Assembly (NCBI GenBank): GCA_037137755.1
Contig: JBAXJR010000004.1
Location: 1-64,000 of the forward strand
DNA from: Methanomicrobiales archaeon
GTDB taxonomy: Archaea; Halobacteriota; Methanomicrobia; Methanomicrobiales; Methanospirillaceae
Direction: 5' to 3'
DNA length: 64,000 nucleotides
A program made the position numbers and the translations under genes. Within the stretch, counting starts at the first letter, position 1. Every line of letters begins with the position of its first letter. The notes under the pieces are model-generated. The model had not been told where the DNA came from, made no database searches, and worked only from the letters and a program-made list of their open reading frames with translations. Shown here piece by piece: positions 40,912 to 50,108 of this stretch.

Positions 40912-41786
40912 AGACCTTCCTCCTCTTGTGACAGTCGTTTTGCATTCCTTCTTGCGAGCGAGACCAGGGAATCGACTGCTTCCTTACTGATTCCTTTAAA
41001 CCGTCCCTGTGGTCCGAGGTATTCCTCAACAGGGTGTGGTTTTATCATCGCAGCCTTGGATGGCCCGTTTATCGTGACCTTCCCGTACTCACGCTCGAAG
41101 AGGACCCACATACCCGTTTTCACGGCGAGTTTTCCCATCTCGACCGTCTGCTCGGTCGGGTAACGCCACCCGGGAGGGCATGGTGCGAGCACATGGATAA
41201 ATTTGGGGCCCCGTATTGAGAGGGCTTTTGTTACCTTTTTAAAGAGGTCCTGGGGGTATGCACTGCAGGCGGTTGCCATGTAGGGCGGGTCATGGGCTTC
41301 CACGATCCTGTCGATATCCTTTTTCGTATCCGGTTTTCCACCGGGAGTGGTAGTGGTCCTTGCACCGGTGGGTGTTGCACCTGACCTCTGCATCCCGGTA
41401 TTCCCGTATGCCTCGTTGTCATAACAGATATAGAGAAAGTCCGTCCTGCGTTCGAAGGCACCGGATAACGCCTGGATACCAATATCAACAGTCCCCCCGT
41501 CACCAGCATAGACGATGACATTGGTGGCTTTCTTCCCTGCCCGGAACGCGGCACTCATTCCGGAGGCACAAGCCGCTGCTGCAGCAAATGCCACGTTATA
41601 GACCGGGACATTCATTGCAGTATTCGGATAAATACCCTGGATCACACTGGTACAACACGCCGGCATTACAAGGACGGTATCGGGGCCAGCCGCCTTGAGG
41701 ACATACCGGAGCACCAGTGAAGAGCTGCACCCGGCGCAGGCCGAGGTACACTTGAAAAGATACTCCTCTTTTGGGATTTCCGTCAT
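40905..41786 (-). CDS. porB: 2-oxoacid:ferredoxin oxidoreductase beta subunit
   Basis: ACAGC, ACC, GDGG...DNEAYGNTGMQRS (TPP binding), PCPPGW. Confidence 0.9.
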   Translation of the reverse strand: MTEIPKEEYLFKCTSACAGCSSSLVLRYVLKAAGPDTVLVMPACCTSVIQGIYPNTAMNVPVYNVAFAAAAACASGMSAAFRAGKKATNVIVYAGDGGTVDIGIQALSGAFERRTDFLYICYDNEAYGNTGMQRSGATPTGARTTTTPGGKPDTKKDIDRIVEAHDPPYMATACSAYPQDLFKKVTKALSIRGPKFIHVLAPCPPGWRYPTEQTVEMGKLAVKTGMWVLFEREYGKVTINGPSKAAMIKPHPVEEYLGPQGRFKGISKEAVDSLVSLARRNAKRLSQEEEGLC

Positions 41787-41858
41787 TATGTTCAGTATAA
41801 TAGTTGTTGATTATCCGGTATTAACTTATTAGTACGAGGAAAAGGGTGATTTCCGTCG

Positions 41859-42344
41859 TCAGGAATTGTATAATTCAACGGTATAGCCTGCATCTTCAAG
41901 GACCGATTTCACTTTCATGTCCCACTGTCCGTCCTCCTCGATCCCGAGCAACCTGATACGGTCATTCCATAAAGTTTCGAGGTCAGCGTCCGTGCTGGAA
42001 AGGCTCCGCCTTCCTTTTATTGTCCCGGCAAGGTTTTTTCCGTCATGATATATCCGCATCCGGCAGCATCTGAACTCCCTGCATGATAAGGGGCGGGTGT
42101 TGTATACCACACAGGAATATCCCTCCGGTGTCCTGACAAGGAAGTGGCATTGGGCGTTTTCTTCCAGGTATCCCCCTTTATCCCTGAATCCCGGCAGGTA
42201 GGGGGATTCCACGTGGGCCATGACGAGGTTGTTTGAGATTAAATCCCGGCAATAATAGTCCCTCTCCCCGAGCTTCCGTTCGATACGGATGTGCTTTCCC
42301 GATACCATACAGCATTTTCCGCACCGGGTGCAGTCAAATTTCAT
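41859..42344 (-). CDS. YkgJ-family cysteine-cluster protein
   Basis: FDCTRCGKCC...CHFL...CVVYNTRPLSCREF. Confidence 0.85.
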   Translation of the reverse strand: MKFDCTRCGKCCMVSGKHIRIERKLGERDYYCRDLISNNLVMAHVESPYLPGFRDKGGYLEENAQCHFLVRTPEGYSCVVYNTRPLSCREFRCCRMRIYHDGKNLAGTIKGRRSLSSTDADLETLWNDRIRLLGIEEDGQWDMKVKSVLEDAGYTVELYNS

Positions 42345-42443
42345 TATGGTACCAATACACCTCATCAGGTATTGTATTCTTTCGCACGAAACTGCCACTT
42401 ATCGACAGAATTCAATGGTTTGGGAAAATATCAGCTATCCTGA

Positions 42444-43274
42444 TTACCGTGAGTAAGGTTCAGAAAATATACCGCAGATCGTGGTCATAACCCGGTGGTA
42501 GCCGTGCCAGTCGTTTATGGTCCCCAGTCTTCTCCCTTCCTGGGGTAATGGAGTGAACTGCAAATCGTACGATACATCCCAGAGTACAAGTCCCTCCGGA
42601 GGAGCAGGGTGGATGCCACCTGAATAATTCCCTTCGAGTCTCCCCGTAATGCTCTCCATCTCGCAGGTACCCATGCCCACATCACGCAATGCCATTGCGA
42701 TACAGCGTACCATGTGCCACAGGAAACTCTCTGCGGTGATCTCAAGGTATACTATTCCGTCATCTTTTCCGATTGACGCTGAGAGGACTTTCCGCCTGGG
42801 GTTTTTGTTGTCTACACGTGCAAAACCCGAAAAGTCATGGACTCCCTGGAAGAGCGTCGCTGCTGTTTCCATCCGGGAAACATCAAGGTCCTGCTCGCGG
42901 AAGAAATACCGGTAGGTCCTGGATTTTGCATCATAGCGGGGGTGAAACCCAGGCCAGGTGACTGAATACCCACTACACCAGCAATCCGGGGGGAGCTGGT
43001 AATTCAGGGCCGCAACAGCACGGTCCGGAATCCCTGTCAGGAATGAAAAGACCTGGCCCGTAGCATGCACACCCCTGTCCGTCCGCCCGGACGCAGAAAA
43101 ATGGGCCTCCCTCCAGTCAGTGAACAGCCCGAGGCGCAGGCATGCTGCGATGAATTCTCCTTCGACGGTCCGGCAGCCGGGCTGCATCTGCGACCCGGCG
43201 AAATTGTCACCACGATAGGCAACCCTGAATGCCAGTTTTACTTGTGGTATACCCGGCGTTTCAGTTTCTTCCAT
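42444..43274 (-). CDS. truA: tRNA pseudouridine(38-40) synthase
   Basis: GRTDRGVHA, FHPRYDAKSRTYRY, SFLWHMVR; start uncertain. Confidence 0.93.
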   Translation of the reverse strand: MEETETPGIPQVKLAFRVAYRGDNFAGSQMQPGCRTVEGEFIAACLRLGLFTDWREAHFSASGRTDRGVHATGQVFSFLTGIPDRAVAALNYQLPPDCWCSGYSVTWPGFHPRYDAKSRTYRYFFREQDLDVSRMETAATLFQGVHDFSGFARVDNKNPRRKVLSASIGKDDGIVYLEITAESFLWHMVRCIAMALRDVGMGTCEMESITGRLEGNYSGGIHPAPPEGLVLWDVSYDLQFTPLPQEGRRLGTINDWHGYHRVMTTICGIFSEPYSR

Positions 43275-43906
43275 GTGTTTCTCAGCGACTGGCGGGTATA
43301 GGTACGGAGGGGCGTCTTCCTTCCCGTGGCAACTGAATCCCCGCTCCGGATTGCTTCAAGAATTGAGGTAATATTAGGTTCAGCGTTGATAAGGGTCTTC
43401 CCATATCCCACGTAACGGGCATTATGCGCATCGCTCCCTCCAACACAGGGTTTTCCCAGTTTGGTTGCAAATTTTGCGGCTTTCCGGTTCGCTGAGCCCA
43501 CGATATACCTACTATTAAAGACCTCTATGGCGTCCACCGAGCTGAGGGCACTCCTGAAATGAAGCCCTACACCATGCCGCATCATGTGAAACGGGTGAGG
43601 AAGTATGAGAAGTGCCCCCTGTTCATGCGCAATTGCGATAGTTTCAAGGACATCCAGCCCTTTTGGAAATTCTGTCAATATGCCGAGGGCGATGAGGTGC
43701 CCCTGTTTTGTTGAGATCTCGATCCCCGGAATAATGAGGACCCTTGTGGGGATTTTCAGGGCAGCCCTTGCCCCCTCTATCGTATCATGATCGGTGATTG
43801 CAATGGCATCGAGTCCGATGATTTCCGCACGGCGTATGATATCTTCTATACTGCTTTCCCCATCCCGGGAATAGTTAGTATGAACATGGAGATCGCAGGT
43901 GAGCAT
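43238..43906 (-). CDS. PHP-domain metal-dependent phosphoesterase
   Basis: DLHVHT, AITDHD, PHPF, GGSDAH. Confidence 0.9.
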   Translation of the reverse strand: MLTCDLHVHTNYSRDGESSIEDIIRRAEIIGLDAIAITDHDTIEGARAALKIPTRVLIIPGIEISTKQGHLIALGILTEFPKGLDVLETIAIAHEQGALLILPHPFHMMRHGVGLHFRSALSSVDAIEVFNSRYIVGSANRKAAKFATKLGKPCVGGSDAHNARYVGYGKTLINAEPNITSILEAIRSGDSVATGRKTPLRTYTRQSLRNTWKKLKRRVYHK

Positions 43907-44298
43907 ATAACCATATCAATTTTTAATCTCCATGATATTAAGGGAACCTGACTTTACCCAGGGTAGTACATCATGGCAGTTCCAGGATCCGGAATCTCAA
44001 TTCTTCAGAATGTTGATTTTAACAACCAGTCCCCGGATTTTTCTTAATAGTAGCAATGGTGCGGGGTCCTGATCATTATTTATCCATTATGTTTTATTCC
44101 GGAAATCTACCAATGGAACCCAAATAACCACTGGGGTCAAAGAAGAAGATCTTTCACCAATCTTTTATTTTTCTCTGGTGTTGTCAGATCTATTTGATAA
44201 GGGTTCCTGTTGTGAATGATTTTCCGGTTACCGTGACCATGAAGAGCAATCACTTTTATCAATTATGAAGCAATAGCATTGCCATAAAGGTATACACC

Positions 44299-45480
44299 GT
44301 GAAAAAGGAATCGGTACTGATAGTTGAGGATGACTTCATCGTTGCAAAAGTCATTGAGAAAAACCTGATAGATCTCGGCTATGCGGTTGTGGGACTGGTC
44401 GCAACAGGAGATGAGGCCATAGCGAAGGTTGGGAGTGAGAGACCTAATCTTGTGCTTATGGACATCCAGCTTCAGGGGGATATGGATGGTATTAGTGCAT
44501 CTGAAAAGATTCATGCGGCATTCAATATCCCCGTAATATTTCTCACCGCACTTTCTGATAAGCAGACTTTTGACCGGGCTCTTGTCACCGCACCCTACGG
44601 ATATATTATCAAGCCATTCTCTCAAAATACCCTTTCCGCCACGATCCGGGTGGCCCTGAACAAGAAGCAGGCTGACCAGAAAATTACCTACCTGCATGGC
44701 TGGCTCGATAGTACCGTGAGTTCATTGCCGGAGGGGATCCTCACCATCAACGCAGCGGGAAAGATCGTCCTGGTCAACCCATCTGCAGAAATGATGACCG
44801 GGTGGACGAACAGGGAGGCATTTGAGCAGCCACTTGATACCGTGTTGACATTTATTGATCCCATCAGCGGGCAATCCTTTCACTACTACCTGACACCGAT
44901 TATTCAGGAGGGTATAATCGGTACAATCCCCAACGACTCATTTGTCCTTTCAAAGAACATGACCCGTATCCTGATTGAAGATAGTTTTGCCTCGCCCATC
45001 AGGGACAACATGGGAGAAATCAGCGGGGCGGTCATAGTACTCTATCCAAAGAGTACAACACCCCTATCGGGAAGCCAGGTTCAGGATACCGATCTGCCTG
45101 ATACCCCGGTTAGGGAGATCAGTATTGCGTTTCAAAATCAGAAAGGGCGGGTCCCGGAACCGTCCCGGCCTTTCGATGAGGCCGGGTGGTATGATCGCGG
45201 TAACTACCTCCTCTTCCTTCGGCGGTTCAGGGATGCCATCAACGCTTATGAGAATGCTATCTCAATGGGCTCGTTAAATTACCAGTCCTGGTATGGAAAG
45301 GGTATTGCACTTGAAAAACTCGGAAAATCACAGGAGGCACTGCTTGCCTTTGAGGAGGCCCTCTCAATTCACCCCCAAAATTCGAGGATCCTGTACTCAA
45401 AAGGGACACTGTTGAAAAAAATGGGTAAAGACGGCGAAGCTAACCGATGTTTTGAGCTGGCACGCCACTATAACATATAA
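44299..45480 (+). CDS. Response regulator REC-PAS-TPR
   Basis: LIVEDD, LMDI, FLTA, IIKPF; PAS (VNPSAEMMTGW); three TPR-like repeats (WYDRGN, WYGKGIAL, LYSKGTLL). Confidence 0.88.
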   Translation: MKKESVLIVEDDFIVAKVIEKNLIDLGYAVVGLVATGDEAIAKVGSERPNLVLMDIQLQGDMDGISASEKIHAAFNIPVIFLTALSDKQTFDRALVTAPYGYIIKPFSQNTLSATIRVALNKKQADQKITYLHGWLDSTVSSLPEGILTINAAGKIVLVNPSAEMMTGWTNREAFEQPLDTVLTFIDPISGQSFHYYLTPIIQEGIIGTIPNDSFVLSKNMTRILIEDSFASPIRDNMGEISGAVIVLYPKSTTPLSGSQVQDTDLPDTPVREISIAFQNQKGRVPEPSRPFDEAGWYDRGNYLLFLRRFRDAINAYENAISMGSLNYQSWYGKGIALEKLGKSQEALLAFEEALSIHPQNSRILYSKGTLLKKMGKDGEANRCFELARHYNI

Positions 45481-45611
45481 CTGTCTTGTAACTCCCGCCG
45501 TGCTTCGCCTCATTAAATATAGTGCAGAGATAGCAGGTAGGAGTTGTCGTTATACCCGGAAGAAAAAACTGGATTTAACGGGATGGTTAATGGATTGGGT
45601 ACCAGGATAGA

Positions 45612-46952
45612 TTATCTGGAATCTGGTGGACAGGGAAACCTGATAACAAATGTGGTTCCATTTTCCCTTTGGAGTTCGACAGTTCCCCGCATCTGGTGTG
45701 TAGCCAGCCCGTTTATGATCTGGAGTCCAAAAGATGTCGTGTTCCGGAAATCAAGGCCTGGAGGAAACCCAACTCCATTGTCGCTCACCGTGAACTCACA
45801 CTCTTTCTCACTTGCATTTACCAGCCTGATTGAGATTATCCCATGCATACCCCCGGGAAATCCATGCTCTAAGGAATTTGAAATGAGTTCATTAGCAATG
45901 AGGCCACAGGGAACTGCGATATCCATGTTCATGTGGACAATCTGAAGTTGGATATCTACAGAAATCTCATCACGGGTCCGCCCGTAAGAAGAGAGCAAAT
46001 ATGAAATTAATTCATTGAGATAGATGGAAAAATCAATCCGAGCAAAGTCTTTCGAACGGTACAGGCTTTCATGAATAAGTGCCATGGCCTTTATTCGTTC
46101 ATAGCTCTCCTGTAAGAGGCGGTGTGTATCTGGATCGGTTATTTGTGCAGACTGGAGTTCAATCAGACCCGAAATCACCTGCATATTATTCTTCACCCGA
46201 TGATGCACTTCCCTGAGCAGGATCTCTTTCTCGATAAGTGACTTCTGAAGATGGTCTTCAGAAATTTTCCTGTCGCTGATGTCCATAATGTTTAAAATAA
46301 CTATATCGTCAGGCATCCGTGAACCTGAGATCAGGACGGGAATGGTTGTCCCATCCTGCCTGAAAAGAGTAAATTCTTTGATCATTGGTTGACTATCCTT
46401 CTGAATATGGTCTATCAGAAGGTGACGGAAGGTGGGATCCGGTAATACCCTCGAAAGGGTTTTTCCGGTTATCGTATCCGTTCCAAATCCAAGAATTGAA
46501 AGAAGCTTTCCGTTCACCTCAATGACTGTGTAATCATCGTTTTTTATTTCTGCAAGCAGAATTCCGATCTCCGAATAGTCGAAAACCCCGTGATATCGCA
46601 CTTCCTGGATCTTCAGATTACGGGTCAATGAAGAGATGATAAGGGTCACGGAAACAAGGACGTAAAAACTTGCAGTTGCGGTTGTAAATGACAGGTCACG
46701 GATACCGGGGTAGCTGTAAAGATATACAAAGAGGATATTTATGGCACTAATAACAACGGCAAAGAGTATTGCCCGTTTAGGGAACCAGTATGCAGTAACA
46801 ATAACAGGAATATAAAAAAGGAGCGGGGTGATAATCATGATATCCCTGAGCAGACCCAGCAGGATAACACAGAATGCAAAAGTGAGTGAAATTATAATAA
46901 TGATCAATTTAATGTCGGTTGTGGTAATTGATTCATACCAGTTTGATGTCAT
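45612..46952 (-). CDS. Membrane sensor histidine kinase (TM-PAS-HisKA_2-HATPase)
   Basis: REVHHRVKNNMQ, NELISNSLEH, DNGVG, SFGLQII; start ATG 46952 or 46982. Confidence 0.9.
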   Translation of the reverse strand: MTSNWYESITTTDIKLIIIIISLTFAFCVILLGLLRDIMIITPLLFYIPVIVTAYWFPKRAILFAVVISAINILFVYLYSYPGIRDLSFTTATASFYVLVSVTLIISSLTRNLKIQEVRYHGVFDYSEIGILLAEIKNDDYTVIEVNGKLLSILGFGTDTITGKTLSRVLPDPTFRHLLIDHIQKDSQPMIKEFTLFRQDGTTIPVLISGSRMPDDIVILNIMDISDRKISEDHLQKSLIEKEILLREVHHRVKNNMQVISGLIELQSAQITDPDTHRLLQESYERIKAMALIHESLYRSKDFARIDFSIYLNELISYLLSSYGRTRDEISVDIQLQIVHMNMDIAVPCGLIANELISNSLEHGFPGGMHGIISIRLVNASEKECEFTVSDNGVGFPPGLDFRNTTSFGLQIINGLATHQMRGTVELQRENGTTFVIRFPCPPDSR

Positions 46953-47309
46953 CGAGTTCCCCTGATACCTGTTTTTATCCATACTTCGCGGCTGACGATT
47001 TAACGACTGCGGCGAAAATACACAGTGTTGGTTAAAAGTGATTATAGGAGAACTGATTATTACATCTTTTTCGACAACCCCCGTGGGCATTTCCACCGGC
47101 CCTGCACCGAGGCAGTTCACAACAAGAATTCCCAACCTTTGATATATCAGGTACGGTCAGGGAAACTGTGTAAATCTGGTACAGCAATGTAAATCTGCAA
47201 ATTCAAGTGTTATCCGGAATTTTAAGGTAATATCGGGCCTAATGAGGACAAGTCTGATCCCGGTGGATTAAACCAATTATTTATTTTGTTATTATTAACA
47301 AGGGAACTT

Positions 47310-48725
47310 ATGCGTATTCTCCTCCCGACAGGTGCAGCAACATATGAGGCAGTACTGAACGCTGCAGCCGGTTTTGACGCCGAAGTAGTGGTCACCGGGG
47401 AAATTGCCTCGTTTTTAACCCCCGGAAAACTCCGCGAGCTGATACAAAATGGGGAGTATGATATGGTGATCGTATCCGGAATGGTGACTGCCTCGTTCCG
47501 CGAGGTGGAGGAGGAGACCGGTATCCCGGTTTATCTTGGTCCACGGCATGCTGCGGACCTTGAAAAGGTGCTTTCCTTGCTGGATACCCTGCCGCTTTCA
47601 AGATCGATCCCGGCAGATGAATTCATGACAGCAGTAAAACGCGAAGAGGCCTGGAGGAAACTCGATGAACTCGAACAGGGTGCTTCGTATGACTACTGCA
47701 TAAGGGGTGTCAGGATCGGGGGCACCTCAAGGATAAAAGTCCTCGCCGAAATCATGGATGCCCACCGGCACGAGGACTTAAAAACGGCCATCCGGAAGGC
47801 ATTCCAGTCAGGGGCCGACATTGTCGACCTGGGCTTTGGGTTTGATGCGACAACTGACGATGTTATCCGGTGTTTTTCCCAAGTAGCTGATGAGCCGGGC
47901 CCCCTTGCGATTGACACGCAGGAACCGGCCCTGATTGCGGCAGGTCTTTTCCGGGCCGATCTTGTGCTGAGCCTTCATGATGGCAATATACCCGCTATCG
48001 GGAAGGCAGTAGCGGATGCAGGTTCAGCAGCAGTTGTGGTACCGTGCCAGCATACCCTTGAGGAGAACCTTCTGATGGCCGATCAGGCAGGAATCGCCTG
48101 CCTCATTGCCGACCCGCTTCTCCAGCCGGTTGGTTCCGGTTTTGTCCGGTCCCTTGCAGCATTTCCGGAACACTTCCGGTATCCGCTCTTTTTCGGGGCA
48201 GGGAACGTCGTGGAATTATTGGATGCCGATTCTCCAGGGCTGAATACCCTTCTCGCCGGAATTGCAAAAGAGATCGGGGCATCGGTAATTTTTACGAGTG
48301 AACACAGCGACAAGACAAAAGGCTCTGTCCGGGAGATGCGGACTGCCACAGAAATGATGGCGCTTGCCATAGACCGGCCCTACCCGAAAGACCTTGGAAT
48401 CGATCTCCTCCTCCTCAAGGAAAAAAGGAGGAGAAGGGAACCCCCCCTGTCCTACAATTCCCTGACCCATGCCAGCCTGCATGGAGAGGAACTCCGGTAT
48501 GACCCAAAAGGTAATTTCAGGATCGGGGTGGAAGACGACCAGATCGTGGCAGTCATTAATGGCCGGGCAGTGCAGGGCCGGACATGGATGGCCGTTTTTG
48601 AAGAAATTTTAAAAAATGGCGATGTGTCGCTGCTCGATCATGCTGCGTACCTCGGGAAAGAGCTGTACAAGGCAGAACTCGCCATCCGTTTCGGCAGGAG
48701 TTTTGTGCAGGACGGAGATTTTTAG
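47310..48725 (+). CDS. Dihydropteroate synthase-like protein with C-terminal DUF4346
   Basis: GADIVDLG, FFGAGNVVELLDADS, YPKDLGIDLL, DPKGNF, LDHAAYLGKEL. Confidence 0.88.
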   Translation: MRILLPTGAATYEAVLNAAAGFDAEVVVTGEIASFLTPGKLRELIQNGEYDMVIVSGMVTASFREVEEETGIPVYLGPRHAADLEKVLSLLDTLPLSRSIPADEFMTAVKREEAWRKLDELEQGASYDYCIRGVRIGGTSRIKVLAEIMDAHRHEDLKTAIRKAFQSGADIVDLGFGFDATTDDVIRCFSQVADEPGPLAIDTQEPALIAAGLFRADLVLSLHDGNIPAIGKAVADAGSAAVVVPCQHTLEENLLMADQAGIACLIADPLLQPVGSGFVRSLAAFPEHFRYPLFFGAGNVVELLDADSPGLNTLLAGIAKEIGASVIFTSEHSDKTKGSVREMRTATEMMALAIDRPYPKDLGIDLLLLKEKRRRREPPLSYNSLTHASLHGEELRYDPKGNFRIGVEDDQIVAVINGRAVQGRTWMAVFEEILKNGDVSLLDHAAYLGKELYKAELAIRFGRSFVQDGDF

Positions 48726-48838
48726 GCCCTTAAAAGTCATTCAAACCTTCCGCGGAGAGTAAGATCTGCCTGAAAAGTTCCTTGTAATTCCTGTCAACCC
48801 CGTAACCTTTTTAGAACGCACACTCCTTTACTATACGT

Positions 48839-49120
48839 ATGGTACGACAGGTGCATGCAGCACATATCCTGGTCAGGACCGAAGACCAGGCACGGGACAT
48901 GCAAAAAAGACTGAATAACGGCGAGAACTTTGACGAACTGGCAAAAAAGTTTTCCACGTGCCCTTCAGGGAAGAAATGCGGTGACCTTGGCTGGTTCGGG
49001 AAGGATATGATGGTACCCGAATTCGAGAAAGCTGCGTTTGGAGGGAAAGTAGGAGACATCGTTGGGCCCGTTAAAACGCAGTTCGGGTACCACATGATTA
49101 AAATCCTCGGCCAGAAATAA
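48839..49120 (+). CDS. ppiC: Parvulin peptidyl-prolyl isomerase
   Basis: AAHILV, FSTCPSG..GDLGWF, MVPEFE, VKTQFGYH. Confidence 0.93.
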   Translation: MVRQVHAAHILVRTEDQARDMQKRLNNGENFDELAKKFSTCPSGKKCGDLGWFGKDMMVPEFEKAAFGGKVGDIVGPVKTQFGYHMIKILGQK

Positions 49121-49191
49121 CACCCGAATAGGCCGTATCCCGGGAAACCTGCATATTTTTAATCATATCTGACAAAGGACCTGATACCACC

Positions 49192-49563
49192 ATGAACATC
49201 CGGGGAGTACGTCTTGAATTGCTGGACCTTATGTGCCAGATCGCTATTGAGAGCCATCCCAACGAATTTGTTGCGGTACTGCTCGAGAAAGATGGCATCA
49301 TAGCCGAGCTGAACCTCCTCCCCGGCACCACGAGTGGAGAGAGCCATGCGAACCTGCACTATGACATGATGCCACTTGACCCGCACGTTGCCGGCAGCGC
49401 TCACAGCCACCCAAACGGCGCACTCCAGCCCTCTGATGCAGACCTCCGGTTTTTCCCCAGCATCGGGCGGTATCATTTCATCATCGGGTCTCCTTACACC
49501 CTGTCAGACTGGCGGTGCTACCATGCAAATGGCGCTGCTGCAATTATGGAGGTGATCTCCTGA
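49192..49563 (+). CDS. JAB/Mov34 (MPN+) metalloprotease
   Basis: HPNEF...HSHPNGALQPSDAD matches the JAMM motif. Confidence 0.9.
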   Translation: MNIRGVRLELLDLMCQIAIESHPNEFVAVLLEKDGIIAELNLLPGTTSGESHANLHYDMMPLDPHVAGSAHSHPNGALQPSDADLRFFPSIGRYHFIIGSPYTLSDWRCYHANGAAAIMEVIS

Positions 49564-49994
49564 CCCGCGTCGTGGCAACCGGGACATTTGACCTGTTACA
49601 CCCGGGCCACATCTACTATCTTGAGGAGTCACGGAAGCTCGGGGACGAACTCTTTGTCATCGTGGCCCGGGATGCAAATGTCAGGCACAAGCCCCGGCCT
49701 GTAATCCCTGAAGAACAGCGGCGGTGCATGGTCGCAGCCCTTCGTGCGGTTGACCATGCGGTCCTTGGTGATCCAACCGATATGTTCAGGCCGGTCAGGG
49801 AGATCCGTCCCGACGTGATAACCATCGGGTTCAACCAGCACTTTGATTCGGAAATACTGGTAGGACAACTTATGGAACAATCTCTTGGTGCCCGTGTAGT
49901 CAGGATAAACAGGTACCCCGAGGGGGCAATCTGCAGTTCCCGCCTGATTGTAAAAGAAATTATCAGGCGATCAGGCTGTGACCCTGACAAATAA
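49560..49994 (+). CDS. ribL: Archaeal FAD synthase (cytidylyltransferase family)
   Basis: ATGTFDLLHPGH, VIVARD, CSSRLI; probable CTG start at 49560 after GGAGGTGA. Confidence 0.85.
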   Translation: MTRVVATGTFDLLHPGHIYYLEESRKLGDELFVIVARDANVRHKPRPVIPEEQRRCMVAALRAVDHAVLGDPTDMFRPVREIRPDVITIGFNQHFDSEILVGQLMEQSLGARVVRINRYPEGAICSSRLIVKEIIRRSGCDPDK

Positions 49995-50108
49995 CCCCTC
50001 ATCATGGGTTAAGTAATTTTTCAACCCTCTCTGGTAGTATGGGTATTCATCGCATACCCGGACCCGGAGAGTACCATTCCCCGGGATTCTACAAGAATTC
50101 ACATTTTT

